A stretch of 64,000 nucleotides of DNA from an uncultured Planctomycetaceae bacterium (GTDB lineage: Bacteria; Planctomycetota; Planctomycetia; Planctomycetales; Planctomycetaceae). The notes below the pieces were generated by a model. It was not told where the DNA came from. It saw only the letters and a program-made list of their open reading frames with translations, and did not search any database. The translations under genes and the position numbers were made by a program. The DNA lies in assembly GCA_963976765.1 (NCBI GenBank), contig CAXBME010000036.1, positions 9,461-73,460 of the forward strand, read 5' to 3'. Below, one piece after another: positions 59,022-64,000 of the stretch (position 1 is its first letter; each line of letters opens with the position of its first letter).

Positions 59022-59876
59022 ATGATGTTCCGTTTTCGAACTCACTGCGTGGCGCTTCTGGCACTTGCTTTACTGGCTGGTGGAACAGCCGAAGCGGCGA
59101 AAAAGGGACAAATTACAAAACCGAAACTCGACCCGGATGCGCCGGTTGTCGAGCTCTTCCAGGGAATGGAAGAGGAAAAGCTGAGTACCAAACTGATCCA
59201 GAAGAATTCCAAAACGGGCAACCTTCTTATCGAGAACCTGACGAAAGAGACGATTACCGTCCAGATGCCTGAATCCTTCGTCGGCGTCCACGTTCTGAAC
59301 CAGGGATTTGGCCTCGGCGGTGGGGCCGGTGGTGGTCTTGGCGGCGGTGGTCAGCAGGGTGGTGGCGGCCAGACAACTGGTGGTGGTGGTGGTGGTCAGC
59401 AGGGGGGCGGTCTTGGTGCCGGCGGTGGAGCTGCTGCTGGCGGCGGCGGCTTCTTCTCGATTCCACCTGAGATGGTTGTGAGAATTCCTGTCACGTCGGT
59501 GTGTCTTGAACACGGCAAGCCGGAGCCAAGCTCACGGATGGAGTACAGAATTTATCCCGTCGAAAGTGTCAGTAAAGACCCGATTCTGAGGGAGCTGTTG
59601 AATCTTGTCGCTTCGGGGCGGATCAATCCGAATGTTGCTCAAGCGGCCGCATGGAACATCGCGAATGACAAGAGCTGGCAGGAACTTGCCGCCATGAAGT
59701 TCAATCGTCTGGCTCAGCCTGACACTCCTCAGTTCAGCCACGCAGAACTGGCGTATGCTCAGCAGCTGGTGGCGGCGGCGAAACAACGAGCTGTTGATAA
59801 GGCCGAAAAAGACGGGACGAAGTCAGACGATCCGATTCGTCGCGATCGAACTGGACGAGTCGTTTCACAGCGTTAA
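59022..59876 (+). CDS. Secreted hypothetical protein with an internal Gly/Gln-rich low-complexity insertion
   Basis: It has a signal peptide (CVALLALALLAGGTAEA) and a beta-rich N-terminal half. A 51-residue tract (GFGLGGGAGGGLGGGGQQGGGGQTTGGGGGGQQGGGLGAGGGAAAGGGGFF) follows. The structured C-terminal half contains VCLEHGKPEPS and AQAAAWNIAN. Confidence 0.75.
   Translation: MMFRFRTHCVALLALALLAGGTAEAAKKGQITKPKLDPDAPVVELFQGMEEEKLSTKLIQKNSKTGNLLIENLTKETITVQMPESFVGVHVLNQGFGLGGGAGGGLGGGGQQGGGGQTTGGGGGGQQGGGLGAGGGAAAGGGGFFSIPPEMVVRIPVTSVCLEHGKPEPSSRMEYRIYPVESVSKDPILRELLNLVASGRINPNVAQAAAWNIANDKSWQELAAMKFNRLAQPDTPQFSHAELAYAQQLVAAAKQRAVDKAEKDGTKSDDPIRRDRTGRVVSQR
59304..59456 (+). repeat. GGN-codon low-complexity tract including (GGT)5
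   Basis: The run GGTGGTGGTGGTGGT sits inside near-continuous GGN/CAG codons that encode the Gly/Gln tract. Confidence 0.8.
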
Positions 59877-60001
59877 GCAGGACGTTAATTCAGAAAGATT
59901 TGGTCGGTGTTTCGAACGAACCGAACCTCACGACTTTGAACAGACACCTCGATCGCCAATGGCGGTCGAGGTGTTTTTCTTTACCAGCTCGCGTCATCAA
60001 A

Positions 60002-60694
60002 TTATCGAGCGTTGAGGCACTGTTGGGTCGAAGTAAGGAAGTCAGCGGTTCCTGACTGCTCCAGTGCGGCCAGGTGTCCGGCCAGTGTGACCACGTCCTC
60101 GACGGAGTCGACGTCGTACCACGGCGGCAGCAGACCGAGCGAAAGATCATGCTGCTTTAACCGTTCGACGGTCTGAGCGAGTACTCCGGCTGTGCTCCAT
60201 TCAACATTCCGAAACGGCGCACCAAAGTCAGCGACTGTTCCGCGAAGACCGATCAGGTAATAGCCGCCGTCGGTCGCCGGGCCAAGGACGCAGTCGTTTG
60301 TTTCAAGCAGCAGCCAGGCCTGTTCAAGATACTCGTCAGGCAGAGATGGGCTGTCCGAGCCGATCAGAATTGTGCGGTGGTCTGCCGACTCGGTCCACGT
60401 CTCAAAAAAAGTTGTCATGCGCCCGCCCAGGTTAGACTCTGGCTGCGGCCACAGCGTCCACGCCTCGGCATCGGTTAACGGCTGCGAAGCCGTATCAAAC
60501 CACTGTCGAGCTTCGTCGTTGTCTGGAGCAAAGCCGATCACTCGCCGATTTCCATCGCGAACGAACCTGCTGAGGAGATCCCGGACGAAGCATTCGTAGA
60601 GTGCGGCGGCTCGTTCATTGCCCCAGTCTCTGGCCAGACGAGTTTTCACTCGACCGGGCACCGGCTGCTTGGCGAAGATCCCGAGCGTTCTCAT
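60002..60694 (-). CDS. DUF2064-family (TIGR04282-like, nucleotidyl/glycosyltransferase fold) protein
   Basis: MRTLGIFAKQPVPGRVKTRLARDWG... and ...GPATDGGYYLIGL are characteristic of DUF2064. ATG 60694 overlaps the upstream stop as ATGA. The ORF-track extension to 61324 is an Arg-rich alternative frame of the upstream gene. Confidence 0.8.
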   Translation of the reverse strand: MRTLGIFAKQPVPGRVKTRLARDWGNERAAALYECFVRDLLSRFVRDGNRRVIGFAPDNDEARQWFDTASQPLTDAEAWTLWPQPESNLGGRMTTFFETWTESADHRTILIGSDSPSLPDEYLEQAWLLLETNDCVLGPATDGGYYLIGLRGTVADFGAPFRNVEWSTAGVLAQTVERLKQHDLSLGLLPPWYDVDSVEDVVTLAGHLAALEQSGTADFLTSTQQCLNAR

Positions 60695-61293
60695 GCGGTT
60701 GGTTCCGAACCTTCGATCAGACGTTGAAGCAGCATCTCGTCGACAATGCCTCGGAAGCGGACCTTGCCGTCGATCTCGACGACCGGCACGCATGTGTTGA
60801 ATTGTTCTTTCAGTTCCTCGTCGCCATCGATGTCGACTTCGACCGGTGTTGGCAGCCAGCGTGCGTAGGTTCTGAGGAGAATCTTCGCGTCGTCGCAGAG
60901 GTGACACCGCTTCCGAGTGTAAAGAACGACCGATCCGAATCTTGGCCCTGCAAGCGTTGGTTGCCAGTTCAGCTTCGGCTCTTTCTTCAACAGGGCAATG
61001 CCGCAGGGAATTGCCAGAATCCCAAGGAATGGCCAGAAACCTCGGTTTGAGTACCAGAGTTCCGGCATCGGAAACGGCAGGTACGATACCTGATCGATGC
61101 CCGACAGAATCAGCAGGCCGACGCCTCCGTATAGCAGAATGCTTCCGGCGAGCCAGAATTTCTCGATTTTCGTATGGTGCGGGCGGTGGTCGGAAACCGC
61201 AGGCTCCACGCATTTTCTGGCGACTTGAAGCTGGTGGTTGTCCGGGCTGGTGGTCATCAAATCTGCCATTCGTGGGTAACGTAAAGTACGCAT
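60691..61293 (-). CDS. Membrane-anchored glutaredoxin-like protein
   Basis: The N-terminal ~110 aa have 2-3 TM helices. The C-terminal Grx-like domain is VVLYTRKRCHLCDDAKILL...CVPVVEIDGKVRF. The start is uncertain (61293, 61269 or 61257). Confidence 0.75.
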   Translation of the reverse strand: MRTLRYPRMADLMTTSPDNHQLQVARKCVEPAVSDHRPHHTKIEKFWLAGSILLYGGVGLLILSGIDQVSYLPFPMPELWYSNRGFWPFLGILAIPCGIALLKKEPKLNWQPTLAGPRFGSVVLYTRKRCHLCDDAKILLRTYARWLPTPVEVDIDGDEELKEQFNTCVPVVEIDGKVRFRGIVDEMLLQRLIEGSEPTA

Positions 61294-61505
61294 TCGCTGT
61301 GTCTGTCACTTGGCGAAGGAACATAGGTCAATCGCCAGGCACTCGACAAGCCGAACAACGCGGCTGCGTGCGGTTGTCTGTTGACGTCCTGACCGCGACA
61401 CTTCGCCACAAACCGACATGACGAACCCCGTTCTCGTTGTTGACTTAATTTCGGCTGGCGATTTCTGCCTGTTTGAAGCTCATTTGCACGTTTGGAGAAG
61501 CGACC

Positions 61506-62552
61506 GTGATTACTCCCGAACTCCGGGCCAGCCGTTTTATGAAGGCGGCGTATAACGAACCAACTGACACAACCCCACTCTGGATTATGCGACAGGCCGG
61601 GCGATACCTGCCTGAGTACATGGAAGTTCGAAACAAAGTCACGTTCATCGAACTCTGCAAAACGCCAGAACTGGCCGCGCAGGTCACGCTGGACGCTCAA
61701 CGGATTCTGGGAGTCGATGCGGCGATTCTGTTTGCTGACCTGTTGCCGATTCTCGAACCGATGGGGATGGACCTTGAGTATCAAAAAGGCGAAGGCCCGG
61801 TCATTCACAATCCGATTCAGTCGGCGTCGGAAGTTGATCGGCTGAAACGTCTGGAAGACCTCTCGACGCTGCACTTTGTTTTCGACACGGTCAAGCTGGT
61901 GCGCCAGGAGCTGCCGGCGGATATCCCGCTGCTCGGCTTTGCCGGCGCACCGTTCACGCTGGCTTCGTACGCGATTGAAGGTGGCGGGTCGAGGAATTAT
62001 CTCAACACAAAACGGATCATGTACAACGATCCCGGAGCGTGGCACGCTCTGATGGAAACTCTGACCAGCAGTCTGATTGGATACCTGAATGCTCAGATCG
62101 AAGCCGGAGTGCAGGCGGTTCAGGTCTTCGACAGCTGGGCCGGTTGCCTGTCGCCATCTGATTATCGCGAGTTCGTGTTGCCTCACACGAAAACGGTCAT
62201 CGACGGAGTGACCGACGCACCGGTCATCAACTTCCTTACCGGCAATCCGGCGCTGCTGCCGATCATGGCCGAAGCTGGAGGCCAGATCGTCGGGCTGGAC
62301 TGGCGAGTTGACATGGCAGACGCCCGCCAGATGCTCGGCCCGGATCGAGCGGTGCAGGGCAATATGGATCCGGTTTCGCTCCTGGCCGACCTCGACACAT
62401 TAAAGACTCGCGCGAAAGCCGTGCTTGACGCCGCCGGCACGACGGGGCACATCTTCAACCTCGGCCACGGAGTCTTTCCGGAAGTCCCGCCTGAGAACGC
62501 CAAAGCTCTGGTCGAAATCGTTCACGAACTTGGTGCCGAGATGCGAGGATAA
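61506..62552 (+). CDS. hemE: Uroporphyrinogen decarboxylase
   Basis: [30 protein letters not shown] is the canonical HemE N-terminus, and the C-terminal GHIFNLGHG is present. GTG 61506 gives the expected N-terminal length. The listed TTG 61473 is less likely. Confidence 0.92.
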   Translation: MITPELRASRFMKAAYNEPTDTTPLWIMRQAGRYLPEYMEVRNKVTFIELCKTPELAAQVTLDAQRILGVDAAILFADLLPILEPMGMDLEYQKGEGPVIHNPIQSASEVDRLKRLEDLSTLHFVFDTVKLVRQELPADIPLLGFAGAPFTLASYAIEGGGSRNYLNTKRIMYNDPGAWHALMETLTSSLIGYLNAQIEAGVQAVQVFDSWAGCLSPSDYREFVLPHTKTVIDGVTDAPVINFLTGNPALLPIMAEAGGQIVGLDWRVDMADARQMLGPDRAVQGNMDPVSLLADLDTLKTRAKAVLDAAGTTGHIFNLGHGVFPEVPPENAKALVEIVHELGAEMRG

Positions 62553-62606
62553 GCCGTAGGTCAGGCTTTGCCCGACAAAGTTTTTCCGTCTGGCCCGGAA
62601 AGCTTC

Positions 62607-62641
62607 CTGCTTGTTCCCACGCAGAGTGTAGGAACGAGCAG
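62607..62641. repeat. Hairpin repeat unit CTGCTTGTTCC...GGAACGAGCAG
   Basis: It is an 11-bp stem (one G-T pair) with a 13-nt loop (CACGCAGAGTGTA). Confidence 0.5.
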
Positions 62642-62659
62642 ATCTCTGGCTCAAAAATT

Positions 62660-62736
62660 TAGACCACGGAAGGCACGAAATTACACGGAAGAAGTCAGAC
62701 TTCGTTTCCGTGTAATTTCGTGCCTTTCGTGGTCTA
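62660..62736. repeat. 77-nt near-perfect palindrome of the ACCACGRAAGGYACGAAA family
   Basis: TAGACCACGGAAGGCACGAAATTACACGGAA pairs with TTCCGTGTAATTTCGTGCCTTTCGTGGTCTA: 31 bp with one G-T pair. The stem continues through GAAGTC-A-GACTTC after a 2-nt bulge. Confidence 0.85.
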
Positions 62737-62786
62737 TTCTTAGCGACGTTTCTCAGGGACAGAGACTTCGACAGGCAAAGCCCGAC

Positions 62787-64000
62787 CTACTCTTCGACGC
62801 CGACCAGCACGTCGTCGAATTCCTGCTCAAGAGCTTTTCTCGCGGTTTCGGCTTCTTCCAGGCGGACGATCACGTTGATGCGAACTTCGCTGGTATTGAT
62901 CAGGGCGACGTTGACGTTTGCATCGGCCAGCGAATTGAACAGTCGGTCGGCGATGTCGGTGTGACTTCGCAGGCCGATGCCGGCCACCGAAATTTTCGCG
63001 ATGTCCCGCAGCGAGCTGACTGGGCCGATCCCCGTTCCGGGAGCAATTTCTTCCAGCAGCGCGACGCAACGTTCGAAGTCTTCTCGTTCGACGGTGAAGC
63101 CGATGTTCGTTTTTCCGTTGGTCCCGGCGTCCTGAACAATCATGTCGACATTGATGGCGGCTTCGCCGATCTTGCCAAAGACGGTTGATGCGAATCCAGG
63201 TTCGTCTGGAACCGCCCCGATTTTGATCAGTGACTGGCCACGGTGGACGGAAATTGATTCCATCGTGACCTGTTCAAGATGCTTCCCGTCGTCATCACTC
63301 GACGTTGCCATGTTCAGCTCAATGGTTGGCGTATCAGGAGCGTCGTCTCCGGTAGCGTATCGGGCAAGCCGTTCTTCAGCTCCGTGATCGTTCAGCTCGT
63401 GCAGTCCAAAGGCCGTGTGAACAGCTCCCAGTGCGGCGTTGGCATTTTCCTGACTGACCAGCACCGAGGTCTTAATTTCACTCGTCGTGATCATCAGAAT
63501 GTTGATGCCTGCGTCGGCGAGTGTCTTAAACATCTTCGCGGCAACGCCCGGAGTATCGACCATGCCGAGACCCACGACCGAGATTTTTGCCACATCGTTT
63601 TCGAAATCGACGCCTCCGGCTCCGATTTCTTTCGACGCGACCTTGGCGGCAGCAATCGTGTCCGGGAAGTCGCCTTTCTGAACGGTGAATGAAATATCGG
63701 TTGTGCCGTCGTCAGCAACGTTCTGGACAATCATGTCGACCGCGACGTTCTTCCTGGCAATTTTTGAGAAGATCGTGCGAGCCGCTCCTGGGCGATCCGG
63801 CACTTTGAAAACCGTGACACGGCATTCGTTGCGGAGCAGGGCGGCTCCTGCGACGGCTCGCCGTGGAGTCTGCTCGTCGGTGTAGATCCACGAGCCTGGT
63901 TTTTCGTCGAAACTGCTACGAACGTAAATTGGGATACCGAACCGCTTGCCGATTTCGATCGACCGACTGTGCATGACGCCGGCACCCATTCCGGCCAGTT
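62787..64000 (-). CDS. lysC: Aspartate kinase, C-terminal part with four ACT domains (5' end beyond the window)
   Basis: The frame stays open to nt 64000. GAGVMHSRSIEIGKRFGIPIYVRSSF marks the end of the kinase domain. Two consecutive ACT pairs follow (VTVFKVPDRPGAARTIFSKIA / ISVVGLGMVDTPGVAAKMFKTLA, then IKIGAVPDEPGFASTVFGKIG / ISVAGIGLRSHTDIADRLFNSLA). Confidence 0.9.
   Translation of the reverse strand, partial: LAGMGAGVMHSRSIEIGKRFGIPIYVRSSFDEKPGSWIYTDEQTPRRAVAGAALLRNECRVTVFKVPDRPGAARTIFSKIARKNVAVDMIVQNVADDGTTDISFTVQKGDFPDTIAAAKVASKEIGAGGVDFENDVAKISVVGLGMVDTPGVAAKMFKTLADAGINILMITTSEIKTSVLVSQENANAALGAVHTAFGLHELNDHGAEERLARYATGDDAPDTPTIELNMATSSDDDGKHLEQVTMESISVHRGQSLIKIGAVPDEPGFASTVFGKIGEAAINVDMIVQDAGTNGKTNIGFTVEREDFERCVALLEEIAPGTGIGPVSSLRDIAKISVAGIGLRSHTDIADRLFNSLADANVNVALINTSEVRINVIVRLEEAETARKALEQEFDDVLVGVEE

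Larger units (their letters stand above)
62556..62790. repeat. Outer inverted repeat of the GTAGGTCRGGCTTTGCC motif bracketing the whole hemE-lysC spacer
   Basis: GTAGGTCAGGCTTTGCC (62556-62572) faces GGCAAAGCCCGACCTAC (62774-62790), matching at 16 of 17 positions. The right copy overlaps the lysC stop codon. Confidence 0.6.

Noticed and set aside
60695-61324. The 440-aa form of the ORF 60002-61324.
   Set aside because: The upstream 210 residues are Arg-rich and lie in an alternative frame of the glutaredoxin-like gene. The DUF2064 homology begins exactly at Met 60694, which overlaps the upstream stop as ATGA.
62568-63188. A 206-aa + strand ORF spanning the repeat spacer and the 3' end of lysC.
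   Set aside because: Its first third translates the palindromic repeats and the rest is antisense to the ACT domains of lysC.

Overview
The window reads as a chromosomal, mostly housekeeping stretch of a moderately GC-rich Planctomycetota-type genome. This is inferred from gene content: a DUF1573 protein, TAT-signal Gfo/Idh/MocA oxidoreductases, a formylglycine-generating-enzyme paralog, sialate O-acetylesterase, hopanoid HpnH, and a giant FG-GAP/RTX protein with an N-terminal LESRTLLS motif. I support about 50 protein genes. They include a MoxR-DUF58-transglutaminase-PAP2 operon, glpD, and an hpf-ptsN-HPr-ptsI (nitrogen-PTS-like) cluster. Also present are an RNase E/G gene, rplU, mutL, moaA/moaE, apbE, csrA, hpnH, crcB, purB, purC, hemY, hemE, and a 3' portion of lysC running off the window. 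By eye I found no rRNA, tRNA, CRISPR array, transposase, integrase, phage gene or recognisable defence or toxin module. I could not identify a convincing, clearly novel multi-gene system and say so plainly. The best leads are listed here.
- Families of long nested palindromic repeats fill convergent-gene spacers at 1109-1218, 52641-52698 and 62556-62790.
- A 1474-aa FG-GAP/RTX protein has no adjacent type I secretion genes and no classical signal peptide.
- A secreted protein is interrupted by a 51-residue Gly/Gln tract bounded by Phe residues.
- Two translationally coupled or tightly linked gene pairs have no described functional link: a membrane glutaredoxin-like protein with DUF2064, and hpnH with a Cys/Met-type PLP enzyme.
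- Several gene-free spacers of 300-630 nt have local structure.
Start codons were re-assessed by hand. The supplied ORF track counts GTG and TTG as Met, and several of its N-termini are over-extended. All domain calls come from motif recognition in the translations, not from database searches.
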